Below, piece after piece: positions 1 to 8,802 of a stretch of DNA of 64,000 nt. The stretch's first letter is position 1, and each line of letters opens with the position of its first letter. The notes under the pieces were generated by a model that searched no databases, was not told the origin of the DNA, and saw nothing but the letters and a program-made list of their open reading frames with translations. This DNA is from Methylocystaceae bacterium. GTDB taxonomy: Bacteria > Bacillota > Syntrophomonadia > Syntrophomonadales > JBLNAA01. The stretch lies in contig JBLNAA010000138.1 of assembly GCA_050259135.1 (NCBI GenBank), positions 5,318-69,317 of the forward strand. The letters are read 5' to 3'. The position numbers were made by a program, and so were the translations under genes.

Positions 1-22
1 CAAGGTATCGCGGCAGTATAAG

Positions 23-226
23 ATGAGTGATGCCCATACTTTGGCTCAGGAGCTATTAGTGGCTGCGTCTGCCAAAAGAAATATGCAGGTTGATCCCGAG
101 ATGATCAAGGTATATAGGGACGAACAGTTTAATGTTATCCGGGGCTGGGATACTGCCGGCCGGATATTAGATGTGGGTATCAAAATTGCTCCCGGGGTTA
201 TTTCCGAATACAGGGGGGTGTTATAG
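23..226 (+). CDS. hypothetical small protein (67 aa from first ATG; frame stays open back to nt 2, so possibly the 3' end of a longer gene)
   Basis: ORF track only; no motif recognised. Its TAG overlaps the GTG start of the next gene (TAGTG). Confidence 0.3.
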   Translation: MSDAHTLAQELLVAASAKRNMQVDPEMIKVYRDEQFNVIRGWDTAGRILDVGIKIAPGVISEYRGVL

Positions 227-1560
227 TGGCGGACAAACCGACCGGTATCGTATTTTTCCCCGCCTTTGACTGGGCCATATCCCCCACCCACCCGGAAAGA
301 GAAGAAAGATTGCTTTATACACGCGATCAGCTATTCGAGGAAGGGATTATGGATCATCCCTCGGTATTGGAGATGCAGCCTCGTATAGCTTCCGCGCATG
401 ATATTGCCCGGGTGCATTTTTGCGTACCCGGGGTGGATAGAATTGCTACCGAAGCTCACCTGATTGCTGCCGGCGGGGCCTTAACCATCGGAGATGCCTA
501 CATGAAGGGGAGAATAAAGAACGGGTTTGCCCTAGTTCGGCCTCCCGGGCATCATTCAATGCGGGTTACCCATGGTAACCGTGGTTTTTGTAATATTAAT
601 AATGAAGCAGTTCTGGTGGAATATTTACGCAGCCGCTATCAGGTTAAACGCATAGCCATTGTCGATACGGATGTGCACCACGGTGACGGCACCCAGGATA
701 TCTTTTGGCATGATCCCGACCTGCTTTTTATTTCCTTTCATCAGGATGGACGGACCTTATATCCCGGTACCGGGTTTATGGATGAAAACGGCGGGCCGCT
801 AGCACTGGGTACTACGGTCAATGTACCTCTGCCTCCAGGCACCACCGATGAGGGAATCCTTTATGTGCTTGAACATTTGGTGTTACAGTTAATAAAATCA
901 TTTAAACCTGATCTGGTTATTAATTCAGCCGGACAGGATAACCACTTTACTGATCCGCTGGCTAATATGTGTTTTTCCGCCCGCGGTTATGCGCGCTTAA
1001 ATCAGCTGCTGGCTCCCAATATTGCGGTTTTGGAAGGCGGGTACTCGGTGGAGACAGCTTTGCCATATGTAAACACCGGCATCATAATGGCGATGGCTGG
1101 CCTGGATACTTCCGCTTTACGTGAACCTGATTATAATGAAGACAGATTCAGGGAAAGCGGCGGACGTATGGCGCAGCTGAAAGCAATTGTTGACCATCAG
1201 GGAGAGATGTTTTCCCGGCGTGACAAGCTGGTCGAGGCCGCCCGGAAAAAGTATGGCCCCTACTGGCAGCGGCGCCGCAGTATTTACTATGATACGGATC
1301 TTATTCAGGAACAGCAAAATGAAAGTCTGCGTATGTGTACTGACTGTTCAGGATTATTGAGTATAAATTCTCAGGCGCGCGGACTAAACGTTTTGGGTTT
1401 AACTCTGCCATTCGGCGCCTGCTCCGCCTGCAGCCAACAAGCAGAGGAAGCTTATCACCAGGCGCAAAACCAACATTATGACTATGTTTATTTACAGGAT
1501 AAATCCCGGGATCACTTTTTGACCTATAACTGCCGAACCCAGGAGGAGAAAATTATCTAA
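226..1560 (+). CDS. histone-deacetylase-family (arginase/deacetylase fold) protein, AcuC/acetylpolyamine-amidohydrolase-like, with ~130-aa Cys-containing C-terminal extension
   Basis: Motifs RPPGHH, DTDVHHGDGTQ, SAGQD and LEGGYS. C-terminal CTDC...CSAC pair. Stop overlaps mutL ATG (TAATG). Confidence 0.85.
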   Translation: MADKPTGIVFFPAFDWAISPTHPEREERLLYTRDQLFEEGIMDHPSVLEMQPRIASAHDIARVHFCVPGVDRIATEAHLIAAGGALTIGDAYMKGRIKNGFALVRPPGHHSMRVTHGNRGFCNINNEAVLVEYLRSRYQVKRIAIVDTDVHHGDGTQDIFWHDPDLLFISFHQDGRTLYPGTGFMDENGGPLALGTTVNVPLPPGTTDEGILYVLEHLVLQLIKSFKPDLVINSAGQDNHFTDPLANMCFSARGYARLNQLLAPNIAVLEGGYSVETALPYVNTGIIMAMAGLDTSALREPDYNEDRFRESGGRMAQLKAIVDHQGEMFSRRDKLVEAARKKYGPYWQRRRSIYYDTDLIQEQQNESLRMCTDCSGLLSINSQARGLNVLGLTLPFGACSACSQQAEEAYHQAQNQHYDYVYLQDKSRDHFLTYNCRTQEEKII

Positions 1561-3275
1561 TGGCGATCAGGGTTTTAGAAGATCACTTGATTAATCAGAT
1601 TGCTGCCGGTGAAGTGGTAGAGAGGCCTGCCTCTGTGGTTAAAGAGCTGCTGGAGAACAGTTTGGACGCTGGTGCCTCGAACATAGAGGTGGAAATTGAA
1701 GAAGGTGGTCAGGGACTTATTCGCGTTATTGATAATGGATGTGGTATTCCGGCATCGGAGATGGAACTGGCCTTTACCCGCCATGCTACCAGTAAATTGA
1801 ATAATGAGTCCGACCTGGTGGCAATCTTAACCCTTGGTTTTCGAGGTGAGGCCCTGCCCAGTATCGCTTCGGTGGCCAAAGTAAAGATGGTATCATCAAC
1901 TGATGGGCAGCAGGGTTATGGCATGCAGTTGGCAGGGGGAGAGATAATGACCCGGGGGGTACAAGCTTCTCCTCCCGGTACCATGATCGAGATAAGTGAT
2001 CTTTTTTACAACACACCGGCCCGGCTTAAGTTCCTGAAAAGCAAAGTTACTGAAGCTTTACAGGTTCAAAATATCGTTTTTAAATTAGCTCTTTCCCATC
2101 CTGAGGTTAGTCTTAGTTACCGGCAAAATGGACGCTTACTTTTTAAAACACCAGGTATGAACAGTTTGATTGATGCTGTAAATGCAGTTAAGGGAACAGG
2201 TTATGCCGATGGTTTTCTTACAGTTAATTTGGAAGCTGAATATCGTGTCTGGGGTTTGATTTCGAAGATAGATTTTAAGCGAAAAAACCGCCGCGAAGAA
2301 ATTTTCCTGGTTAATCATCGACCAGTGCATAGTCCTTTATTGATGAGAGCTTTAGATGAAGCTTATCGCGGACGTTTGGTCAGCGGAGAATATCCTGCTT
2401 GTTATCTGCATCTGGAAATACCGCCAGACCAGATTGATGTCAATGTGCATCCCCAGAAGTCAGAAGTGCGTTTTCGTGATGAAGATCGGGTGTTTCGTAC
2501 CATAGCCAGCGAGGTCAAACGCACTCTGGACGGGTATAACCAGCGCGCCTGGCAAACATTCAATACGTATACCGGTAATGACAGCAGCACGGTAATCAAT
2601 CCAGTGATTGCCGAGGCTGCAGTCAGTCTCTACAACGCAGACGGGTTAGACCATGAACCAATATATCATACCAATATAGATCACCCTCGAGCTCAGATAA
2701 TCAACCATGAAAATGATATCATGGTATTCGGTCAGCTTTTTAACAGCTATATTGTTGCCACCAGCGGTGATTCCCTATTGCTGATTGATCAACATGCTGC
2801 TGCTGAGAGCCTGCGCTACCATGAGTTGCTGCAAAATCAGGAACTGTGGGTTCCACAGGATTTACTAATGCCATTAAGCATTACTATCGGCAAACGCCGG
2901 ATTGAACAATTTGAGTACATTAAGGAGTCTCTTGGCCGAGTAGGTTTTATGGCTGACACCCTGGGGGATGAAACCCTGGTATTGCGCTCAGTTCCAACCT
3001 GTGCCAAAGGTCGTGAAGAAGAGCTTTTTGATTGGCTGCTGGAAGACCTCTTTACTGGTGAAATCGGGATTGACGAAAAAGAGTTTTTTAGGCAGGCAGT
3101 AGCTTCCATGGCCTGCCATCAAGCGATTAAAGCCAACCAGCGATTGGAAATGATTGAAATGGAGATACTGGTTCGTAAAATGATTGAGCTGCCGGAGGCC
3201 GCACATTGCCCCCATGGCCGACCTACCTATATTACTATTCCTCGAAACCGAATAGCTGAGTGGTTTAAACGATGA
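1560..3275 (+). CDS. mutL: DNA mismatch repair protein MutL (endonuclease-type)
   Basis: GHKL ATPase motifs (LENSLDAGA, DNGCGI, GFRGEAL). C-terminal endonuclease motifs DQHAAAESLRYHE, ACHQAIKAN and CPHGRP. Confidence 0.95.
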   Translation: MAIRVLEDHLINQIAAGEVVERPASVVKELLENSLDAGASNIEVEIEEGGQGLIRVIDNGCGIPASEMELAFTRHATSKLNNESDLVAILTLGFRGEALPSIASVAKVKMVSSTDGQQGYGMQLAGGEIMTRGVQASPPGTMIEISDLFYNTPARLKFLKSKVTEALQVQNIVFKLALSHPEVSLSYRQNGRLLFKTPGMNSLIDAVNAVKGTGYADGFLTVNLEAEYRVWGLISKIDFKRKNRREEIFLVNHRPVHSPLLMRALDEAYRGRLVSGEYPACYLHLEIPPDQIDVNVHPQKSEVRFRDEDRVFRTIASEVKRTLDGYNQRAWQTFNTYTGNDSSTVINPVIAEAAVSLYNADGLDHEPIYHTNIDHPRAQIINHENDIMVFGQLFNSYIVATSGDSLLLIDQHAAAESLRYHELLQNQELWVPQDLLMPLSITIGKRRIEQFEYIKESLGRVGFMADTLGDETLVLRSVPTCAKGREEELFDWLLEDLFTGEIGIDEKEFFRQAVASMACHQAIKANQRLEMIEMEILVRKMIELPEAAHCPHGRPTYITIPRNRIAEWFKR

Positions 3276-4066
3276 TAAATCCCAAATTAATAATGACCTC
3301 CAGTCAGCGCCAAAATAAAATAGACCTCGCCGGTATGGAGATGGCTGACAAATTGGGTATTGAAGTTGTACCCAGGGAACGTCGGGCCATTGATTGGCTG
3401 CTGGATGAATATAATGCGGACGGGGTTATCGTTTGGCAGGAATCAGGTCCTATATTGCATTTGGACGGGCAAAAGTTTTTCTTTCATCCTTCCATGGCCA
3501 AAGCCCGGATTTCTATGCTGCGCAAGGATTTGATTATTGACCCCATGCTGCAGGCTATGGAGGTCAAGGGTGGGGACAATGTCCTTGACTGCACCCTGGG
3601 ACTTGGTGCTGATGCTATTGTGGCAGCCTATGCTGCCGGGCCTGAGGGACAGGTGCTGGGACTGGAAAAAGTTCCGGTTTTGGCTGTTTTGGTGGCATAT
3701 GGGCTTGCTCATTACCGCACCGATATGAAATCTTTGCAGGCGGCAATACAGAGAATTAAAGTTGTTAATCAAGAGCATCATGAATATCTGCAGTTGTTGG
3801 CAGATAAATCCTTTGACATAGTTTATTTTGATCCCATGTTCCGTAAGCCGGTGGTTAACAGTACCGGAATTAAACCATTGCGCCTTTTGGCAGAAGGAGC
3901 GCCGCTGCAGCCGGAATCGGTACGCGAAGCAGTCAGAGTCGCACGAAAAAGGGTGGTTGTTAAAGAGAGAAACGGGAGTACTGAGTTTGAACGTCTGGGT
4001 TGCCAGCGAATATTGGGTAGTACCTCCAGCCCAGTGGCTTATGGGATAATTGAGGTAGGGAGGTGA
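3272..4066 (+). CDS. class I SAM-dependent methyltransferase, RsmJ-like (16S rRNA m2G family)
   Basis: VLDCTLGLGADAIVAA (SAM motif I), DIVYFDPMFRKP and KRVVVKER match my recollection of E. coli RsmJ (VVDATAGLGRDAF, VVYLDPMFPHK, KRVVVKRP). ATGA overlap with mutL stop. Confidence 0.75.
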   Translation: MINPKLIMTSSQRQNKIDLAGMEMADKLGIEVVPRERRAIDWLLDEYNADGVIVWQESGPILHLDGQKFFFHPSMAKARISMLRKDLIIDPMLQAMEVKGGDNVLDCTLGLGADAIVAAYAAGPEGQVLGLEKVPVLAVLVAYGLAHYRTDMKSLQAAIQRIKVVNQEHHEYLQLLADKSFDIVYFDPMFRKPVVNSTGIKPLRLLAEGAPLQPESVREAVRVARKRVVVKERNGSTEFERLGCQRILGSTSSPVAYGIIEVGR

Positions 4067-4076
4067 AAATAACACC

Positions 4077-5012
4077 GTGAATATACTGGTTGCCATTGTA
4101 GGTCCAACTGGTGTGGGTAAAAGTGAAATTGCCAATCTGGTAGCAACCAGGGTTAACGGTGTTATTCTGTCCTGTGATTCTATGCAAATTTATCGCGGGC
4201 TCGATATTGGCAGTGCCAAACCAGAACTGGAAACCAAAAAACGTATACCACATCGATTGATTGACCTTATTGAACCGGCTGAAGAGTTTACTGTGGCCCA
4301 GTATCAAGCACAGGCAGTAGCTGCTATTGCTGAAGTACAGGCATCGCTGCAGATTCCAATTCTGACCGGTGGCACCGGGCTATACTATCAGGCCGTTGTT
4401 GATGGGTACAGCTTTGCCTGTCATGAAGATGCACGGTCTTATCGTTTGGAACTGCAGGAAGAAGCCAATCAATATGGAATAGAGCGACTTTATCAGCGAC
4501 TACAGCAGGTTGACCCGGTAAGTGCCGAGGCTATCGCTCCTTCTGATCAAAGAAGAATCATCCGCGCTCTGGAAGTTTTTACTCTCACCGGAAAGCCGAT
4601 ATCAGAGCAGGCACGACGGCAGAATGATAAATATAATCTTCTGGCTTATGGAATTAACCGGGAACGCTTTGAGCTCTATCGACGTATAGATGATAGAGTA
4701 GACCAAATGTTAGCACAGGGATTAGTTAATGAAGTGGAGAAGTTGGCTGCCCAGGGGGTTAGCTTGCATTGTACATCAATGCAGGGGATTGGTTATAAAG
4801 AGATTCGCTGGTATCTGGAAGGCCTGACCAGTTACCATGAAGCAGTTGATTTGATTAAACGGGAAAGCAGGCGTTACGCAAAAAGGCAAATCACCTGGTT
4901 CAAACGCGACCCGAGAATAAAATGGTTGGATATGTCAAACATTAAGGTATCTGAAGCCGTGGAAAAAATTTGTGAAGATCTGGGAAGGACTCTAAAGGGT
5001 AGCGTAGAATAA
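4077..5012 (+). CDS. miaA: tRNA dimethylallyltransferase MiaA
   Basis: P-loop GPTGVGKS and [16 protein letters not shown]; sits in the conserved miaA-hfq pair; GTG start. Confidence 0.95.
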   Translation: MNILVAIVGPTGVGKSEIANLVATRVNGVILSCDSMQIYRGLDIGSAKPELETKKRIPHRLIDLIEPAEEFTVAQYQAQAVAAIAEVQASLQIPILTGGTGLYYQAVVDGYSFACHEDARSYRLELQEEANQYGIERLYQRLQQVDPVSAEAIAPSDQRRIIRALEVFTLTGKPISEQARRQNDKYNLLAYGINRERFELYRRIDDRVDQMLAQGLVNEVEKLAAQGVSLHCTSMQGIGYKEIRWYLEGLTSYHEAVDLIKRESRRYAKRQITWFKRDPRIKWLDMSNIKVSEAVEKICEDLGRTLKGSVE

Positions 5013-5074
5013 CAAGGAAAACAGAGAGACAGTGTATTAGAGAAAATATGGCGTGGCGGGAGGTAGGTTTTTTA

Positions 5075-5326
5075 ATGAGTAAGAATCAGTTGAACCTGCA
5101 GGATGCTTTCCTGAACCAGGTGCGTAAGGAACGTATTCCTGTAACCATATATCTAGTCAATGGTTTTCAAATCAAAGGTATGGTTAAAGGATTTGATAAC
5201 TTTACCGTCATTATAGAACTGGAAGGCAAGCAGCAGATGGTCTACAAGCATGCCATTTCGACTGTCGCACCAGTGAGACAGGTTAATATTCTGAGTATGG
5301 AACAAAAGAGTGATGATTTAGACTAA
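5075..5326 (+). CDS. hfq: RNA chaperone Hfq
   Basis: Sm1/Sm2 motifs ([40 protein letters not shown]...YKHAISTV). ATG 5075 follows a GGGAGG RBS, so the track start at 5048 is probably too early. Confidence 0.95.
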   Translation: MSKNQLNLQDAFLNQVRKERIPVTIYLVNGFQIKGMVKGFDNFTVIIELEGKQQMVYKHAISTVAPVRQVNILSMEQKSDDLD

Positions 5327-5343
5327 CCGGGGATCCCCCGGTT
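5325..5343 (+). terminator. first stem-loop after hfq (AACCGGGG-ATC-CCCCGGTT)
   Basis: Perfect 8-bp GC-rich stem overlapping the hfq stop. The trailing sequence AAGTTTGTT is only weakly U-rich. Confidence 0.45.
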
Positions 5344-5370
5344 AAGTTTGTTAATATTTCCGGTGAGACT

Positions 5371-5392
5371 GCGGGCTTAAGAGCCCGCTTTT
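5371..5392 (+). terminator. rho-independent terminator of the miaA-hfq unit
   Basis: GCGGGCT-TAAG-AGCCCGC followed by TTTT. Confidence 0.8.
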
Positions 5393-5486
5393 CCATGTCA
5401 GAAACCGGCTTAATTTGCTCGATGCACTTGAATTCAACAAAGCGTATTGACCCGGAATCTGCGCCATATACTGTCGTAAAAGACAG

Positions 5487-6494
5487 TTGGATGGATGTGA
5501 GAACATGGAAATATCTCTCCGCTTTCCCCCGGAAAAGTTAGTGGAGAAAGCCATGCCGCCATCATTAAGGACCCCCCCTCCTCTGATCGGGTGTGTTATG
5601 GAGGATCTTGAGCGTTTGATTGGTCTCAATGAGGTCAAAGATATGGTCCGTGAGATAGTGGCCTATGTATACATTCAAAAGGAAAGAAATACCCATAACT
5701 TAAAAGCCGGTTCCTGCTCTTTACACATGATGCTTACTGGCAATCCGGGTACCGGCAAGACGACCGTAGCAAGAATTTTGGGACGGATATTAAAAGAAAA
5801 TCAGGTACTTTCCCGTGGACATCTGGTAGAAGTAGAAAGAGCAGACCTGGTTGGCGAATATGTCGGTCATACCGCACAAAAGACCCGGGAACAGATTAAA
5901 AAGGCTCTGGGTGGAGTATTATTTATCGATGAGGCTTATACCTTAGCCCAGGGGGGAAACCGAGATTTTGGTCAGGAAAGTATTGGCACCCTGGTCAAGG
6001 CGATGGAAGAAAACCGAGACAATTTGGTAGTAATCCTGGCCGGATATCCGGAAAATATGAACAGGTTTATCCATTCAAATCCTGGCCTGGCATCCCGTTT
6101 CCCAATTGTACTCAGGTTCCCTGATTATTCACAATCAGAACTGCTTGCTATTGCCATGCAAATGTATCATGATCGTGATTATGAGTTGACCAGCCGTGCC
6201 AAATGGCGGTTGAAAAATATTTTAGCCGGTAAAATGGCAGGGGAAAAGAATGGCAACGCCCGGTTAGTTCGTAATATTGTTGAAAAGTCTATTCGAATTC
6301 AAGCAGTTAGGCTTTACAGCCTGGGCCATAAACCTGATCGCAACGAACTGCAGATTATTGAAGAAACAGATTTGCAATATTGGTATCCTATGACTGATAA
6401 TTGGACTTCTGAGAATGGAGCATGGAATGATGATATCACCAATCAGCATCGATCAATACGAGGAGCAGTTGGAGGTTATATATCGGCAAATTAA
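5487..6494 (+). CDS. spoVK: AAA+ ATPase, stage V sporulation protein K (SpoVK/CbbX-type)
   Basis: Walker A GNPGTGKTT, Walker B VLFIDEAY, and LIGLNEVKDMVREI upstream of the AAA core. Start uncertain (TTG 5487 or ATG 5505). Confidence 0.8.
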   Translation: MDGCENMEISLRFPPEKLVEKAMPPSLRTPPPLIGCVMEDLERLIGLNEVKDMVREIVAYVYIQKERNTHNLKAGSCSLHMMLTGNPGTGKTTVARILGRILKENQVLSRGHLVEVERADLVGEYVGHTAQKTREQIKKALGGVLFIDEAYTLAQGGNRDFGQESIGTLVKAMEENRDNLVVILAGYPENMNRFIHSNPGLASRFPIVLRFPDYSQSELLAIAMQMYHDRDYELTSRAKWRLKNILAGKMAGEKNGNARLVRNIVEKSIRIQAVRLYSLGHKPDRNELQIIEETDLQYWYPMTDNWTSENGAWNDDITNQHRSIRGAVGGYISAN

Positions 6495-7656
6495 CCGTAT
6501 TGCCCAGGGCAATCAACTAAGAGTACTGAATGCTTTTCGGGAACACGGCCTTAGTGAAAGCCACTTCCGGAATTATACCGGATATGGATACGGAGATGCT
6601 GGTAGGGATATAATGGAAAAAATATGGGCGCGGATTTTTGGAGCTGAAGATGCGCTGGTACGTTCGGGTATTGTTTCCGGAACCCATGCCCTGACTTTGG
6701 TAATGGCAGCACACCTGCGTTCAGGTGATGAACTATGCTCTTTGACCGGCACACCCTATGATACTATGCAGCAGGTTATCGGGACGCGGGGAAATTCACC
6801 GCAATCACTGCTAAATAGAGGTATAAGTTATCGTGAACTGCCTTTACTGGCTGATGGTACAGTAGATAAAGATTCGATTGCCAGTGCGATAGGGAAACAA
6901 ACAAAAATGGTTCTGCTTCAGCGTTCCCGGGGGTATTCTTTGCGCAAGTCTCTGGGATGTGCTGAGATTAAGGAACTGGTTACCGCAGTTCGGCAAATTA
7001 AACCCGAGGTTATTGTACTCGTTGATAATTGTTATGGGGAATTTGTTGAGGAACAGGAACCATGTTCCGTAGGAGCAAACCTGGTGGCCGGTTCGCTGAT
7101 AAAAAACCCGGGTGGTGGTATAATTCCAGGTGGTGGTTATATTGCCGGTGACAGAAGTTTGGTCGAGCAGGTGGCTGAATGGCTGACTGCACCTGGATTA
7201 GGTAAGGAAGTTGGCCCTACCCTGGTAGACCAGCGGCTGATGTTTCAAGGTTTATTTATGGCTCCTTCAGTAGTCGCCAATGCCTTAAAAGGTGCGGCTT
7301 TAATCGCCATGGTTATGGAAGGCCTGGGATATCAAACTAACCCTCGGGCTGAAGAGCCGAGAGTAGATATTGTACAGGCTATCAACCTGGGATCAGCTGA
7401 AAAGGTGTTGCGGTTCTGCCAGGTGGTACAGCAAATGAGTCCGGTAGACAGCCAGGCTCATTTGGAATATGGGGACATGCCGGGTTATGATGATCCCATA
7501 GTTATGGCAGCCGGCACTTTTGTTCAGGGATCTTCTATTGAATTATCCTGTGATGCTCCGCGCCGGGAGCCTTTTACAGCTTACTGGCAGGGAGGTCTGA
7601 CTTATGAGCATGTTCGTTGTGTAGTTCAGGCACTGTACGACCTATTTTCAGAATAA
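6415..7656 (+). CDS. PLP-dependent Cys/Met-metabolism-fold protein of the 'aluminium resistance'/YnbB family
   Basis: N-terminus (..NQLRVLNAFREHGLSESHF..GYGYGDAGRD) resembles B. subtilis YnbB as I recall it, and it lies after spoVK as ynbB does in B. subtilis. Start uncertain (6415, 6427 or 6430). Confidence 0.7.
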   Translation: MEHGMMISPISIDQYEEQLEVIYRQINRIAQGNQLRVLNAFREHGLSESHFRNYTGYGYGDAGRDIMEKIWARIFGAEDALVRSGIVSGTHALTLVMAAHLRSGDELCSLTGTPYDTMQQVIGTRGNSPQSLLNRGISYRELPLLADGTVDKDSIASAIGKQTKMVLLQRSRGYSLRKSLGCAEIKELVTAVRQIKPEVIVLVDNCYGEFVEEQEPCSVGANLVAGSLIKNPGGGIIPGGGYIAGDRSLVEQVAEWLTAPGLGKEVGPTLVDQRLMFQGLFMAPSVVANALKGAALIAMVMEGLGYQTNPRAEEPRVDIVQAINLGSAEKVLRFCQVVQQMSPVDSQAHLEYGDMPGYDDPIVMAAGTFVQGSSIELSCDAPRREPFTAYWQGGLTYEHVRCVVQALYDLFSE

Positions 7657-7700
7657 CTGTTTTGCTGGATACTACCTGTCGGAAAAGGGGGCTGCTATTA

Positions 7701-8801
7701 GTGATCAGCCGCATTGAAGCGGGGTATTTATTGGCATTACATCAGATTAAAGGTTTGGGTAATCAGTCTTTACAGGCTATTCACGGCAGCAGCATTTCTT
7801 TTCAGCAGGCCTGGGAAGAGCCGGAGCTGCTAATACAGAAAAGAATTATTGATCAAACTACCCGCAGTATGTTATTAACTGCTAAGAGGTTTATGAGTCC
7901 TGAGCAATGTGAGGATGAATTACGGCGCTTCGGGTGCAGTTATCTGACCAGGTGGAGCCCGGAATATCCTGAAGAGATGGAGAATCTGCATGACATCCCG
8001 GCGGTAATCTATTACCAGGGGAACCTCCAGTTAACCAATCAGGTATCAGCTGCTATTGTTGGTTCACGTAATGCAACCGTATACGGTAAAAAGGTAGCTG
8101 CTTTGCTGGGGCAACAGTTAGGGGAAGCCGGCATTACGATTGTGAGCGGTGTAGCTCGCGGGATTGACAGCACAGCCCATCGAGCCGCTCTAGCTACCGA
8201 GGGATCAACGATTGGGGTACTGGGGAGCGGACTGGATGTGGTCTATCCTCCTGAGAATAAGCAGCTGTATCAGGACATAGCGGAAAACGGCTTGTTAATC
8301 AGTGAATTCCCGGTTGGGACTAAACCTAATGCTGGTAATTTCCCCCGACGTAATCGTATTATTGCGGCACTGGCGAGAGCGGTAATTGTGGTTGAAGCTA
8401 ATGAGAAAAGCGGTGCTTTGATTACCACCGATCATGCTTTAGAATTGGGGCGAGAGGTTTGGGCGGTTCCCGGGCCAATTACTTCACCACAGTCCCGGGG
8501 AACGAACCAACTGATAAGAGATGGAGCCTTGTTAGCCCTGGAGGCAGGTGAAATAATTAATTGTTTGCTTCCCGGGTTCGGTACTGCCGCAGTTGTCAGG
8601 GGTCAGATGGTAGATTTAAATCTGGAGGAAGGCAGGATAATGGAAGTAATCGGCGAATATCCTGTGCATTTGGATGAAATTGCGGCAACCCTGGATGTAT
8701 CTCACAGTGATTTAGCCGGCTTATTGCTCAAATTGGAGCTAAAAGGCATAATAACCTGCCTGGCAGGTAACCATTATGTGAGAAATAATTACTTGCTTTG
8801 A
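7701..8801 (+). CDS. dprA: DNA processing/protecting protein DprA (Smf)
   Basis: Rossmann-like DprA core (IVGSRNATVYGK, SGVARGIDSTAHRAAL, FPRRNRIIA) with a C-terminal winged-helix tail. GTG 7701 follows AAAGGGGG; the track start at 7617 overlaps the previous gene. Confidence 0.9.
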   Translation: MISRIEAGYLLALHQIKGLGNQSLQAIHGSSISFQQAWEEPELLIQKRIIDQTTRSMLLTAKRFMSPEQCEDELRRFGCSYLTRWSPEYPEEMENLHDIPAVIYYQGNLQLTNQVSAAIVGSRNATVYGKKVAALLGQQLGEAGITIVSGVARGIDSTAHRAALATEGSTIGVLGSGLDVVYPPENKQLYQDIAENGLLISEFPVGTKPNAGNFPRRNRIIAALARAVIVVEANEKSGALITTDHALELGREVWAVPGPITSPQSRGTNQLIRDGALLALEAGEIINCLLPGFGTAAVVRGQMVDLNLEEGRIMEVIGEYPVHLDEIAATLDVSHSDLAGLLLKLELKGIITCLAGNHYVRNNYLL

Positions 8802-8802
8802 G

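Noticed and set aside
3443-4135. 230-aa minus-strand ORF
   Set aside because: It lies entirely antisense to the well-supported rsmJ-like gene and the miaA start. The sequence is low-complexity and unrecognisable, typical of a shadow ORF.
5447-5472. TTGACC ... TATACT as a sigma-A promoter for spoVK
   Set aside because: The spacer is only 14 nt. spoVK is expected to be driven by sporulation sigma factors. CATATACT loosely resembles a sigma-E/K-type -10, but I cannot support a call.
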